A DNA stretch of 64,000 bases, taken from NCBI RefSeq assembly GCF_030684315.1, contig NC_081364.1, positions 27,772,989 to 27,836,988 of the forward strand. Reading direction: 5' to 3'. Under the pieces are notes generated by a model. It ran no database searches. It was given only the letters and a program-made list of their open reading frames with translations, and was not told where the DNA came from. The position numbers were made by a program, and so were the translations under genes. Positions 1-14,500 of the stretch are shown piece after piece; within the stretch, counting starts at the first letter, position 1; each line of letters begins with the position of its first letter. This stretch comes from Stegostoma tigrinum. Lineage: Eukaryota.

Positions 1-2055
1 GTGCAAGAAAATTGAACTTTCATTTTGAAAGAGTATTTTTGACCTTGAGACGTGTAGAAGAGAGAAGGAAAAATGCTGTGTCGAATCTGTTCCACTTGCA
101 AGGAAAGATGTTCTAAGAAAGGAAGAGGGTGCTGGGATCACGGAGGAGTAGACCAAGAATATTATTAGCTATGGAGCAATGTTAGTGTCAGATCAGCGTC
201 ATTACTCAAAGCACATATGGTTAAAAAATTCTGAACTAGCTAAACTGCTAACCTGGGCTGAATTTCTCCTGTTCATTTATCTTGTAATCCCTGGCAATTA
301 TGTCTTACATCCCACTGGGAGTGAGTTCATATTTAAATAACAGGGCACAACCAATTAATCCCAACTGAGGCCTTATTTATGGTCAGTGAATTTAACCCCC
401 TTATTGCGTTTGCCTGCATGTAACAATTGGTACCTGGGCTTGACCAGGCAACTTAGTATCTCAGTAGCCTGTATGGGAAAATGCGTACAGGAGACATGAC
501 AGGGGTGAAAAAAAGGGAAAGAAACAAAATCTATAAATCATACATGAGGTAATTTACAACAGCAACTGAAAATTCAAAGCAGCATTGTTGCCTGCTTGTA
601 AACAAAATATTCAGTGGAAATATATTTTGGGCTTCTAGACATTGGTACTATAGCTCTGGTTTTTGACAAAAACATGGTTTAGTCAAACACATCAGATGTT
701 TCTTCTTACCCAATTTTGCTGGCTGAAAGTGAAAACTTTAGCTTTTCTCAGTGGTCTACTTCAAGAGATCATTCTTGGACGTCCAAGCAAATAATTTGAA
801 TGAATGAACTTTGTTTCCTAAGCAAGAGGCAAAAGACAGACAATTGATGAGGCCCAGCCTTCAGAGAAAATATATCCCACAGTAAAATTTCTATACAGGC
901 TGCCCCTGGGTTGCAAACAGGTTCTGCTCTGGAGTTCTTTGGCAAGTCAATTTGTATGCAAGTCAGAACACAATGCAAGACAATATGAAGTAGGTGTTCG
1001 TAAGTACAGGAAATTTTTTTAAAAACAATTCACTTTATCGGATTGCATTCACAAGTACAAGTATTCATATGCTGAACATTTGTAAATTGGGGAGACATTG
1101 TACTATACGGCAGTTTACAACACGACTGGACTAATCTTGCTGCATTATTAATCACCTATTCACATCTTTTAGTTCCCTTTAGATATTGTCACAGAAATAA
1201 AGTTTTGTAAGATTTGTTTGATTTGAGACTGCCTCTTTAAAATAATGGATAGTTGAAGGAATCATGTGATCAATTCAGAATTCTCAATAGGTTTTGGTGA
1301 CCTATTTTTTAGAAGTGAGAAGTGGGCAGATTGTTTTATTGGGAAAAAGATGCTAAGTTACTTAAACTGCTAGACAACGGCATGGGCATCTGTAACAGTA
1401 ACGTATAGCCTGTTAGTCTGAAAGTCGCTTGGGAAGTGTAGGAAAATGAAGTTTCTTAAAGGGTAATTCTTCAGTTCATTTATTGTAGTTTAATTGAAAG
1501 ATAAAATGGAGTTGGCGCTTAAGAAGTAAGTTAATCTGCATTTCTACTTCTAGACGAAGCCCACGTGATTCACATTGCCAAGGAGAGCGGCTTTTAAAAG
1601 AGAATGGGCCATTGCCATTTTAATGTCAGCTTACATTTTCCTTCAGATATCCCTCAAACTCAGAGATATGTCTGTCTACAAGAACCTGCAGCAACAGTGA
1701 GAGAAAAAAAAACAGATACCATCAGTCTCTATTATTTGGATGCAGATGCAAGTGGGAACTCAAGCTCAAATTGAAAAGACCAGTGTTGGTGAGGACTTAA
1801 GTTAGCCTGGAAGATTTGCCTAACTTTAGCCAGAGAAGAAATCTCCAGGGTAACCGTACCATGAAAATCAATTCAGGGACTGGAGGTTATCTGTCTGCAA
1901 AAAGGAAAAGCAGCAACCCAATAGGAACTGAAAATAGCTTTGGGCAAATTTATTTTAACCATGAAGGTGGATTTTTGGCCGTTTTACAAGTTAGATGAGG
2001 AAACTTTTCAATAATGTGGAGTATAAGTTTCTTATTGGAACATTGTTTAACTAAT

Positions 2056-2270
2056 TAAAAACCTAAAGCATTGTGGATGCTGTAAATCAGGAACAAAAAC
2101 AGAAGTTTCTGGAGAAGCTCAGCAGGTCTGCAACATCTGTGAAGGAAAAAAGAGTTAACGTTTTGGGTCTGTTCTGAGGAAGGGTCACCTGACCTGAAAC
2201 CTTAGCTCTGTTTTTTCCTTCACAGATGCTGCCAGACCTGCTGAGCTTCTCCAGCAACTTTGTCTTTGTT
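2056..2270. mobile_element. Penelope-derived fold-back insertion with central hammerhead motif
   Basis: ~80-bp inverted arms (2091-2169 and 2191-2271). Centre gttCTGAGGAagggtcacctgacctGAAAcctt. TSD cattgtttaactaat / cagtgtttcactaat. Confidence 0.8.
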
Positions 2271-5200
2271 CAGTGTTTCACTAATGTTGCTTTTGGAAGA
2301 CCTAAGTCTTAAATCATGTCATGTCTTCCTACCAGTCATGAAAAATTAAGGTACCTGTTTAAAAATTATCCATCTCCACAGGATCATCACAATGTTGGAT
2401 TTCTGGACGTTTGAGAAACCTGTCCAGCTGTTGGTAAATTTAAATCAGGGACTGAACAACGCAAGATCTGATTTAATTGTAATAATGCCAGGGCTATTTA
2501 GCTCAGGTGTTCTCCAGAGTGGAGTGCTTACTCACGTCTACAGCTCTAGTTTCTTTCCAAGTACTGGCTCAGGTCATTCTTAGGCTTTGTTCTTCTAGTT
2601 ATCTCATTGTGATATCTTTGGCATCCATGAGCTATGATAAGCAACCCTCAAACAATTGAGAAGTCTACACAAAGAGAGACAATTAAATGCCCTACCACTT
2701 GCAAGCAGGGCATAGGCCCAACACACATCTTGTCAATGTGAAATTAGTGGCAGGCACATATGTGGCCATGGAGAGACAGCAAGCTGATATTTTGTGTCTA
2801 GATGACTCTTCATCAGAGTCACTTGAAACATTTGCTTGCTTCCTCTCCGTGGATGCTGCCTGACCTGCTATGATCGCCAGCATTTTTTATTTTCAGTACA
2901 GTTTACAACAACTGCAGTAATTTGATTCTACATATGTGACCACTTGATTCCTGTTGCAATGTTTTAATTTTTAACCTCTGGCTGTCTTCTACTCATCAAC
3001 TTTAATTGTATTTTGGTTGACCAAACCAAATAGTTGATTATATCCATAGCCTCATAGCACCAAATAAATAAGCTCATCATCAGTACTGGAAGAATTGATG
3101 TTCTCAGGGAACTGCAGTGGATACAAAAGATTAAAATAATTAACAATAAATGTCTTAATACCTATCTACTGGATAAATGTATGTTTGTGTGAATTGAATA
3201 AGTTAGCTTTGAAAGTATTTCTTTACTTTAAAGCATTTTTCAAAAAATGAAAACAACTTTTAAAATGAGAGCTAATCAGTTATTACAGTGTAAAATCTAC
3301 ATTAAACAACTGCAAAAGAATTTGCCTATTCTACTGTTTAAGAAGTTTAGCCATGTCACTAATACTCTTTAACAAAAAGAACACACAAACATATTTCTAA
3401 TGTTTATCCTGATTCTTTGAATCCTGGTGTTTTTATTTTACAAATCCATGTCAGATGTTAATGGAAATAACGTCATTTTATGTCTGAATGGCAAAATGCC
3501 ATTGTTTAAACTGAAAACAAACATGATTTTCTTCATATATATATAGACTATAACATTATTTGAGATGAATAATTTTTAAATGATTTGTCTGACATTATGG
3601 TTTCAAGTCAATTAAAAGGGGTTTGATTAGTGGAGTTCTCAAAACAATTTTAGAAACAAGAATTTATAATTATTCACTTGTCACTGTGGCCTGACAGTTT
3701 TACACCATATAATCCTTGCCGAAATTACCTTCTCAATAATGACATCCTTTATTTACAGACCACTGAATTTATTAAGTGTTTCTGGTTGTTGTTCTCTGCA
3801 AATATAGTTCACGTGCACATTTACTTTCCCAGTACTATAAATTTTAACGAGCCACATTTTCAACAAGTACACTACAGGAAATGTATATACAACCTCATCA
3901 TTGTGGCATTAGTTGTGCTAAGTTGTTCATGATGGCTAAATTCATAGCTCCATTACAGATTTTATAAACACTGGTTCCAGCTGAAAGAACAGCAGTATAC
4001 AACAACCCAGAGAATTGCAAGTGGCATGACAGCCTGATAGACTGCTACTAGTGTAATGCATGGATAAAATGTTTGTCAGAGCTGTGATCGGCTAACCATC
4101 ATAATTGTGTACTAAGTTCAAAATGTGTGAAATTAATTGTCTGATTTGGTGATATACTAAGCAATCTCATGCTCATCAATCTTCTAGCATTAGAACATAT
4201 GTTTATGGGGGAGTAGAAAATTCATTTCCTCTAACAATAAGGAAAGTCAAATCTAAGGAACAAATTTAATGGCACAACCAGTTCAAACCTGTCCCCATAA
4301 TACGTGGTAAGGCCATTCTTACTGATGAACACAAAAGGTTACAAATTGACAACCTCAATAATTGTCTTAATGTGTCATATTTCAGAAATTAATTGTGAGA
4401 TATACTTCTTCCATCGCAATTATTGAAATAAATGATCAAGCAGAGCTCCATAGTACATTGCAGTCTTTATACATAGAACTAAGGTAAATGACCATTGGCA
4501 GACCACACCACTCAAACCAAGTGGGTTCAGATTTGTGATATGCTTGCCACAAATGTTCCCAAAGTTGATTAAAAAAAAGACATTGCTTACTATTTAAAAG
4601 TGTACCATTTAAGGATCTTAAGTGAATAATCAATAAATGATTGAAAACTTAAATATAGTTTATGACATAAGAAAGCACGTTTTTCATGTGGAGTTCGGCA
4701 AATGTTTATGATAGCAAACATGTACACATTAAAACAAACAGTATTCAAAGAAGCAATATAAAATCATCTGTAATGTAACTGCAAATAATCAGTCCAGGAG
4801 GAAAACAAATACTGTAAACAGTGATGGTTTAAATATGATATTTAAGTGAAAAGCTTTCAGCTCTCCGTGAACTCGAGGAATTGTCATCTATTTTATCTGT
4901 TAGTTAATTTTCACTGAATTCTATCACATTGGTTCCATCTAGTGGAAATAAGCATTATTGCTCAGGAATGTTTGACAATACCAGATGAAAGACAGCAGCA
5001 CCAATCAAACCAGAATAGCATATATTTCAATATGTACTGTCCAAACAACAGTTAACTAAAGTTAATGATATTACAAAGTAACTATACAAACATGATGCCG
5101 TGTTCACCATCCACAGCATGGGAATTGATAGATATCAATGAGAAAGCAGTTGATGTGTACTGTAATGCAAGGGAACCTATAGTCTAACATTCATTGGAGA

Positions 5201-5654
5201 ACATTGCAAAACATTCTCTGAAAATTTCTCCTTTCTTCCATATGGTCACAGGACAAGTGGGGCATCTTTCCTGCTGCCAACATTAGTTATCTCAGGGTTA
5301 ACATGGCTTGACCACATTCCTGCTGAAGGCTTGCTTTGGAATGTTAAATGCCAGCAATGAGATGCAGAATGAGGGCATAGCCACAGGCCTGGTGGTCACC
5401 AATGCAGCAAATCCTGACAATTTGAATGATACTTTAGTTTAAATCTTGTTTGAGTGTTCACAAGCTCTCCAATTTACTACTTCCAATCACCTGATCAATT
5501 CTAAATTTCCATATTTTTCTCTGAAAGATCTACTCATTTTCTTCTTGTTTGTTTGCTTGCTTGCTTGCTTACTTGATGGTCATTCCACGCTGAAACTATG
5601 CAGCGGCTGTATGACTAATATTTTTTACTATCAGGAATGCTACTGGTAATAGTG

Positions 5655-5930
5655 ATACGGTTGTAATGTCACTGGAGTAATAACCATGAGACGAAGGCTA
5701 ATATTGACATGGCTTCAAATCCCATCATAGCACCTAACAGAGTTTGGACTTGGTTATTAAAAAATCTGGAGTTGAAGTAAATGGTCATCGATTGTCATAA
5801 AAACCATTCCCAGCTTTTCTGGACTGATCTGATTCCAGATCAACTAAATGATCGTATAGCCATTCAGTTCAAGGTGGGCATTTAAGGATTAGCAACAAAT
5901 GTGTGCCAAAGGTGCTCACATCCCACCAAA
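5655..5930 (+). mobile_element. Old tRNA-derived SINE; second copy at ~8547-8770 interrupted by a Penelope tail
   Basis: The head gtaat.tcactg.a.tagtaa and tca/tgaa.cccatcat recurs at 8560-8750. LINE-type tail gggca.tt.agga..agcaacaaatg. Confidence 0.55.
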
Positions 5931-7616
5931 GAGAATTGAAGAAAAAGCTGTAACAGATGTTCTGCCTACAAATGCCAGAGCAATGCCAGGTTCACCAGCT
6001 GTACACCACAATCAGGTTGGTGTTAAATTGGATCTGGAATGGCCATGGTGGAGCTGCCTCCAGTTCTTCAGCTACCAGATACAGCCACCAAAATGAGGAG
6101 CGAATTCCAGTCCATGAGTCTGGTGGTTATGCAGTGAGATTCTAGTGCTGCCAAGCTGTCTCTGGGCTCAGGATTGTCGGGTATTATCCAGCACATAGTC
6201 ACCAACCTGGAGGACATTCATCTAAGAACATGTTTGTATATTGTTGATGTAATCTATGATAAGTGGTGCACATAAATTAAAGAAAAGGAATACAACTAGC
6301 GATCCATCACCCATTGGTTTTATTTTCATTTTGGAAAACTGTGAATGATTCTACAGTGTTGAAAATGGTTCCATTCAACACAGTCTCAAAATCATCCAGA
6401 AATCTCCCACTCGATCCTTTCCCATAGAATCCTGCTTGCCGTTCAACTGAATCTTCATTGACTCTATTTTCACTGCTCTTATCTCAACATCCTGCTTAAA
6501 TTTCTCCCATACTACTTCTGCATTTAAGTTACTGCTTTTCAGACCATTTGCTTGTCCTTCTGTCCCTACCCCCATCAGTGATTGATCTTGAACCATCATC
6601 AATTTGCCCTGTGAAAATCTCCTCCCAAAATTTTTCATCTTCCTGGGCCAGTCTCTGCCTTAAAAGTCCTTCCAATGTCATTTCATTAGTCATCTATCTT
6701 ACAACGATTCCCTATTGCTATTCGGTAGTCGATCCACAAGTACCTTCAATTGCTTTGCTATGAAATTACATTGCATGGAGACGGTATGATGCAATCAAAA
6801 ATAAATTAATGTATACTGATTCCAGAATAGAAGAGATTAAAAAACACCTATGTAATTTGAGTAATGTTGGTACTTTGACACTACAGCACATTAAATTGAC
6901 CCAAATCTATCTGATTAGGTTATGGTGTCAAAAATAGTTTTTTGGTACTAGTCTGTACCCACTTGAGCATCATGCTACATTTTCTTTGGAAGTTGTGGGT
7001 AAAGTAGGAGAGGGAAGGAAAGAGATCAGGGATTGCCATGGGGTTATGACAAGGGCAGGAGATTTGGTGATTGTAAAGATTTGAAAGGAAAATCAGAGGA
7101 TCAGCACTGAGTTTCAGGTAGGATCAGTAGAGTTGATGGCAGCTCTGGGAATGGGTTATTGTAATAGGGTCAGATGAGCAATAAATGTTGTGTGGTTTAC
7201 AGAACACAGCCTGACTCTTGACTCTCCTGACCACAGGCAATGATTTAATTTAATTTAAGTATCCATCTCCTCTGCTTGATTCCTTTTGCCTATTGGATTT
7301 CCCAGACCCAGGGAAATCCAGTGGACATGTTAAAAATAGAAATTATGTTAAAATGAAGACATATTGCATCCTTAACATTTAATCATTCATTCACTTCCTG
7401 ATAGCTTATTGGTCAGCAAAAACCTGAAAGGGGATAGGTCCATGGTTAGTTTTCAATTTTTTAAAGTTGACTTTGTACCCAAACTAAGCCCACCAATCAA
7501 AGAGGGTTCAAATCACCTTTATGACTTTCTGAGTCTTTGTGAGAATGGTACGACTGAAACAAGCTAATTCTGAAAGACTTTGAGTCATAACAGTATCAAG
7601 TTTTAGAGTAGCTCAG

Positions 7617-8062
7617 GTTGTGGATGTTGCGGTTGGTTACCTCGCCGAGCTGGTTTGTTGTTTCGCAGATGTTTCATTACCCTGCTGGGTAACATCATCA
7701 GTGCAGCCTCCGATGAAGGCTGTTGTGTTTTCCTGCCTGATATTTAAACTTTGGAGTCTGTTGAGCTGGATTATCTCACTTCCAGTTTTCTTTCACAGGG
7801 GAGTGTATATGGGGTTGAGCTCTATGTGTTTGTTGATGGCTTTCTTCGTGGAGTAACACACATCTCAGAGTTCCTGTGCTTGTCTCTGCTTTGCTTGTCC
7901 CAGGATCTTAGTGTTGTCCCAATCAAATTGGTGGTTCTCCTTATCCATGTGAATAGAGATGAGTGAGTATTGGTCGTGTCTTTTTGTTGCCAATTGATGT
8001 TCATGTACCCTTATGGTTAATTTCCTTCCTGTTTGTCTGATGTAGTGTTTGTCACTGTCTGC
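7617..8062 (-). mobile_element. Penelope-like element 3' fragment (GIY-YIG endonuclease plus terminal repeat)
   Basis: ORF 7865..8092 KHYIRQTGRKLTIRVHEHQ...HQFDWDNTKIL is a GIY-YIG pattern. The tail contains a hammerhead motif. Confidence 0.85.
7665..7704 (-). ncRNA. Minimal type-I hammerhead ribozyme motif (Penelope-associated)
   Basis: Minus strand reads gca-CTGATGA-t-gttaccc-agca-gggtaat-GAAA-c-ATC-tgc. Both core boxes are present, with a 7-bp helix II and a 3-bp helix I. Confidence 0.8.
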
Positions 8063-11000
8063 AGGGAGACTACATAACATTAATAATAACATTGTATAAT
8101 TGATAAATTGTCATTAGCTCATAAAAATAATTCCATTAATATTCCCATTAATCACATGACACCATGAGCCAAGCAGATCCCATTATTATGGACTGTAATC
8201 ACATGATGTGAAAGATCAGTCAGAGAAACAGAAAATAATTACTGCGTTTTCAGTCACCATGGATTTTTGTTTGTTTTCTACGATACCAGGATTTTACACC
8301 CGCTGATTGATCTTTGATCTACTCATGATCTCAGCCTCTCATCCAATTAGTTGTACTGTTGCCTTTAGTTACCATTGCTGCTCTGAAGCTCACCATTAGT
8401 GTATCAATCTTCCTTTCAGTTTTAAGATGCCTCACCCTACATGTGGTTTCAGGTCCTGCTCGTGGCAGACAGCCAGCTTTAGATGGTGCCCAACTTCTGG
8501 CGATCTATTTCCCACCCCTAAGTTGCCTCATATGGAAACAAGTTGTGGCAATGACATGGTGGTAATATCACTGAATTAGTAATCCAGAGACCGAGGAAAA
8601 TGAGAAATAACAAGGTGTAGAGCTGGATGAACACAGCAGGCCAAGCAGCATCAGAGGAGCAGGAAGGCTGATGTTTCAGGCTTAGACCCTACTTCAGAAG
8701 AAAAAAATGGAGAATGGTATGAGGACATGAGCTTGAACCCCATCATGGCAGATGGTGAGATTTGATTTAGCTACCTCAAAGTATGTTCATATGTAGTTCT
8801 AACTTCTTCAGTTTTAAATATGTCAAGATTTCTTCAATATTCCAAACATGCAATCTTCATCACCTGGAAAGACAAAAGAAACAAGTGTATCGGAACATTA
8901 CTGCCTCCAAGATCCATTCCAAATTACATGCCATCTGCATTGGAAATTTGTAGTCATTTGGTCATTATTGCTAGGTCAAAACACAGGAAGTCCCCATCTA
9001 ACAGCACTATGGGAGTGCTTCTCACACATTTCGGCAGCTCAAGAAGGTAGCTCATCATACTCTTCTTATGGGGCAATGGGATAGGGAACAAATGCCTGTG
9101 ATGTCCAAATCCCAAATTATGAATTTATATTAATATCGTATTAACAAAAAAAATCTTATATCCCCCCCAAAGTTTACAATTTTTTGGCGCAGAGAGTGTC
9201 AGCTCACTGAACTTGTGGTGTTAACCCAGACTAAGGTTCATTTTCATATTCATCCAATGGCTCCTCTCTGAACTATTTTGTAGAACTACTATATCAATAA
9301 CCACATGAAGGCATAAAACTGGACACAATATTATGACACCAGCTAATTGCTAATACTGAACAAGTCAGTTATCAGAATGAATGCCAGCTTCATAGATCAT
9401 CCTTTCAATTTTTCCACTTGTGGCTAGTCACTGAAACATATTTACACTAGGCTGCAAATATTCTTGAACAGTGCATAAGTTCCTTACACAAAAGAAACTA
9501 AAAACACAGCCATACAACACACTAAGAAAAGTCTTAAGTCAAACAGCAAAACAAAATCTCAATGTTTCCAAACACTATCCTTTCATGGATATTCAATTCT
9601 AGAAAAATTTCATTCCCATCTCAATTGACTCTTCCTAATTTCTTTTCCTTTGACTGCATGGACAGTTTTATGAATCCTTTCCAAGTCTGCTGACATGACC
9701 TTTCACAACTCTGAACTTTTAAAAATTCTGATAGTTGAAATACTCTGGGTTTGGAAGCTTCATGAACTAAAATACTTCAGTTATGGTGACTACTTCCACT
9801 AAAATTGAAGTTTAACTTTTCTGCTCGGTTGAACTGATCTCCCTTCTGAATTGAACCCTTAATTATTCTGAACTGAGAATTTGAATTTTCTGCTCGTAAC
9901 CAAATGAAACAGAATTAACAAAACATTTTATTGGTATATTTTAAACTCAGAAATGATTTCATCCATTAATATGACAGGGATTCTCCCATACACTTTACTG
10001 GAGTCAGATGCTTTCTTGGATTTGACGTTCTTCGGTCACTGTTCCAAATGGCTTTCTGACCTGCTTAAAAGAAACCTTTACAAAACTGACCACATCCATA
10101 TGCCACTACTTGGAAATCAAAATCCAAAAATATGGTACATATATAATGGTCCTTTCATCACAATTTAGGGATTTTCCCCAGATGATGGGAGGCAGCTCAC
10201 ATGCACGAGGCAAGCTGAGTCCCCTGAAATCATTGTGTGGTCATGATCGCAACAGCATCCAACCCTTTTCTGGGTTTCTACAGATGAGATTGAAGGTTGG
10301 TGGGAAATCCCTTGGCTTTGAAAAGTAAGCTATTAAAAGTTGTTTAAAAGCCAATTAGATAATTAGCTTTGACTCTCATTTTTTATTTTCTCATGAGGGG
10401 ACCTATTTCCTGGCAAACCACCAACTTTCCAGAGTCACTGAGGCATGTGCACATGGGAGGAGGTTTTGCAATGAAACTAACAAGCTGAGAAGACTTTGAT
10501 CAGTTAAATTGAAGAGCTCTTGCCATGGCTATTGTAAGGCTGCTGCTAAAAACACTTCTATCAGAAAACGTGACACAGCTAAGAGGATGAAGAGCCAAAA
10601 ACCCACATCATCACCAACATAAGCAGGGATATCAATACAGCTACATTGTTGAATTGGCCTCAGACACATTCCCCTCCACAGAGTAAAGGGCTTTGACACC
10701 CAGAATCAGCTTGGAGGAGGCAAGACTTTGAACATAGGATGTAGTGATAGGGAACGAACTCTTTTGACCAGTGACTGAAAAGTAGCTCACTGTTGACATC
10801 TCCTGGATTAACAGCTCCTTCCTTGTGAACAAGTAGGCACAGATTTCTATCAACACGTATCCCTGTTCCATCACTACCATCCTGAATCTGTGTTGCTCGA
10901 CACTTTATATCTTCACTTCTCCTACAAAGAGAGTGCAAAATGGCTTTTGTGGAAATGAGGAAGGGACTAGGCCCGAAATGTGAGAGTTACAAAGAACAAA

Positions 11001-11514
11001 ATATATACAAAAATAAAATCAGTGTGACATGGAGTTTGAAACAGAGAAAATAATGAAGTGTGAAAGCTACAGACGAGTGCGAACTAAAAACATTAGAGGC
11101 AGACTCTTGCAGCGAGTTAACTGATAAATCTTCATTTGCACTACCTGGTAGTGATGAGTTACCCATCGAACAATTCATCAAACTTTCCTTTTTGGATCAG
11201 TAATGGGTGGTTTAATCCACTACCACCAGATTTCCAGTGGTTGAAGTTAGCATCTATCCCTCGTAAATAACATCAGATTATTTTGATGATATTAAATTAT
11301 GAAGGGTACAGATAGATCTTGCCTTGAAAAGACAGCGTTCAAATGTAATGTACAAAGTTTTAATCTGCTTAGAAATACTATAACCACTTCTTAATTTTGT
11401 ACCATAATGCGGCATCTCATCAGCATTCTGCACTGCTTCAGCATCAATGCTGTAAATTCATTAAAATGTGTTCAAATGACTAGTACTTAAAAAGGACATG
11501 AAAAGGCAGAGAAG

Positions 11515-14500
11515 TGAAACAGAAGAGTATGTAGATTTTATTTTTAACAGTTTTAAAACACATTCTATACAGGTTATTTACTTTATTGACAATGTACACA
11601 ATAATAGTAGCTAAAATAAAAATGTAAGAAGTGTTTCTGTTGTAATTCATAGTGCAGTGGAACTTATAAAAATTGAATACAAAACATGATCTATGGTGCA
11701 AAGTATAAAGTGGCTATTACTAATCTATCCTTTATCAGCCAGTTTGTTTTCCTACTGTATTACACAGTAACAAACAGTATACTTTAACAACTTCAGAAGA
11801 AAGCTTTTTTTCTTTTTAATCCCCATTTCCAGTTTATTGTATATTATGCCATATGGAAACAGATCTAATATAAATACAAAAAAAAACTTGTGAGAAATCA
11901 GTTAACATTAGAGTGCTGCTTGGCATGGATTTCTTTCTCAATATGTGGGTAAATTACATAAATGATTTCAGGTTTTTTGTCAAAAGCAACCAAATATATA
12001 ACCAAGTATAATCAGCTGCTGTCAGCAGCTATATAGATGGTCAAATTTGCAGTTTTGTATTTTAGGTTGCATTACTAAAGTGTAATTCAATACACACACA
12101 TTTCAGTTAAACAATACTTCTTCATTTCAGCTTGCATGAACTGAATTAAAATAATCAGTTTATCTATATATTACTCCTTTTAATTAATTCACCTCCTACT
12201 GTGTAGTCTGTGTGTATTAATTGAACATTTACAATTATCATCACACTATTTTTGCAATTATCAAGGCAAGGGAAGCTAATGTTATGAAATTGAATATTTT
12301 TAAAGCTCTCACCATTCTGTCCCAACATTAATATAGCACACTGCACCAGTGTGAAGTTTCTATTTCCCACACCAGCTGTTGTGTCATGCTGGCATATTAA
12401 GAAGTGCTGTTCTGTAAGTGTGGCAAGTGGCCTACCAGCATAAAATGAAGGACTCTTTTTTTTGCTGTGCGCCTACATCGTCTATGAATTAGGTTGCAAT
12501 TTCCCAAGCATATTTCACATAGGACCATTACAGCTGACATATATTTCCTTCAACGTAGGCTGAACTTAAGTGATGAAAGACCTGTGTGTCTAACCTACTT
12601 CACCACAAAATCTCATTCCTAACAACTTTCTACACTGATACACACACCATCATTTTGAATTTAGGTGGCTTTGATTTCTGGAGGTCAGTTCAAACTTCAG
12701 CACCACAACTTTCACTCCAAAAACTGTCTCCTAGCATTTCTGATAAATGCAATTTATTAAATCATAATGCCCCTCTTTCTAGGGCCATGAGTGATACTTG
12801 GTAACATAAATACTTTATTTTCTTAATAAGCTACAAAGGATTTTATAATAAAGTTGCAGTATGTTCAGACATTAAAAAGACTAACTTGACTTGAGTCTGA
12901 AAAGCTTTAAGCATCAATACGATACACATTGCAGCTTTAAAACTGTTAAAAATGTTGAGATGATTAATATATATTTCATGTCTTTTACTAAAAGCATTCA
13001 GACTTCTGTTTTAAAATTGAAAGGTGTATTTATCAAAAACAATGTCAGGTATCCAAGAAAATCCATATACAAGATATTGAGAGACTCAAAAGGTGCACTG
13101 ACGGCTGGAACCTATTTTACTTTATTCCTGAGGTTCACTGTTAATTTTAACTGCAGCCTTTCTCACTCAATGTTTCATTCATTGATACAAATTTCTTTGA
13201 GAGCATTTTTTCTACAACATAAAGAGATACCATTATAGCTGATGATTTGGATGTGCAGCATAAAAAGATAATGAATGTTAAAATAACACATAAAAATCAA
13301 AATAGTTAACAGACATATGACCAAAATAAACTAAATGCTATTTTAAGCTTTAAGCAACTTCCATACAGAAACTATGTCTTAAAAATAAAGATTGTATAAA
13401 ATAAAGTCAATATAGCTTTAACTCAAATAGACCAGGTAAAAAGGAATGGCTTTCATAAAGAACTACCTAATTACCAATCTAAATTATAAATATACATAGA
13501 AGAAAAGCATAGGTTGTATGGCAGGATTGTAACACCACGTAAAAGGCAAAAAAATCATGTAACTTTGTATCACCGATGATTTAGAGAAAAAAAAGACCCT
13601 TTAGGACTATTTTTATGTAACAAAGTCAAGAAAAAACAGACATCACAAGTAGTTGAAAAATTTAAAAAAAAATGTGTAAGAAATGTACAAATATAAAAAG
13701 CTACAAATATTAATAAATTACAGATAAGTCACATAGACATAAACATCACCAGTTAAGACCAAAAATACTTCATATTGCATTATAATGCAAAATTGAAAAT
13801 AATAAGCTCATATAGAACAAAACTGTAACCTTATTTACAAAGCTCCTCTATAATGTGTTACCTTTGCTAATGTACTATGACTACTTACAAGAGAGTATTT
13901 TTGCAAGGCCACACAAAGTAATGTCTTTGTTTTTCAGGCAATGCCTACTATAAAAAAATAAGTTCCATTATAAGAGCAAACAAAAAAGAAGCAACATTTT
14001 TATCATAAAAGATGAAAATGTAAAAAAGGTAAAAATCAATGGATATATAGGGTTGTAACTCAAAGATAATTTGCAATAAAGATTAATCTTTGACCATATT
14101 TACAGGATTTATAGTATGAAAAACATTTTAAATGTTCCTTTAAATCTGAAATGTGGAATTGCCTGAGAAACAAATTTATAGAAACAGTATCCATTTACTC
14201 AGGTTAAAGGCAGCAGTTTATTACTGTACTCTCTGACAAAGTCTACTGTTCATTTAAGGACAGCCTTTCTTATGAATTTGTTTCTGACATTCTTAAAAAA
14301 AAATGGTAGTATCTCCAAATTCATTTGTTCTTCCACCATCTGTAATTTAATGCTTAGAAGTGCTCCAACAGAAGATTTGGCTGAATTAAGTGGATTACTC
14401 TGACATCTTTGATAGATATCAAATGCCACTAACAAGCATTTGCAATTATGCCACAGACCAAGTGGAGCCAATCTACTAGAGTACCACACAAAAGCACTCT

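Noticed and set aside
1206-2390. Possible old solo LTR hosting the 2056 fold-back
   Set aside because: TG/CA-like ends only. There is no second copy, PBS, PPT or TSD.
10170-10980. Possible PIF/Harbinger relics (also ~19800-20060 and 39450-39900)
   Set aside because: Only a faint resemblance to transposase or Myb-like fragments, with no TIR or TSD I can demonstrate.
12891-13238. 115-aa plus-strand ORF
   Set aside because: Antisense to the AT-rich 3'UTR, with a TTG start and no motif.
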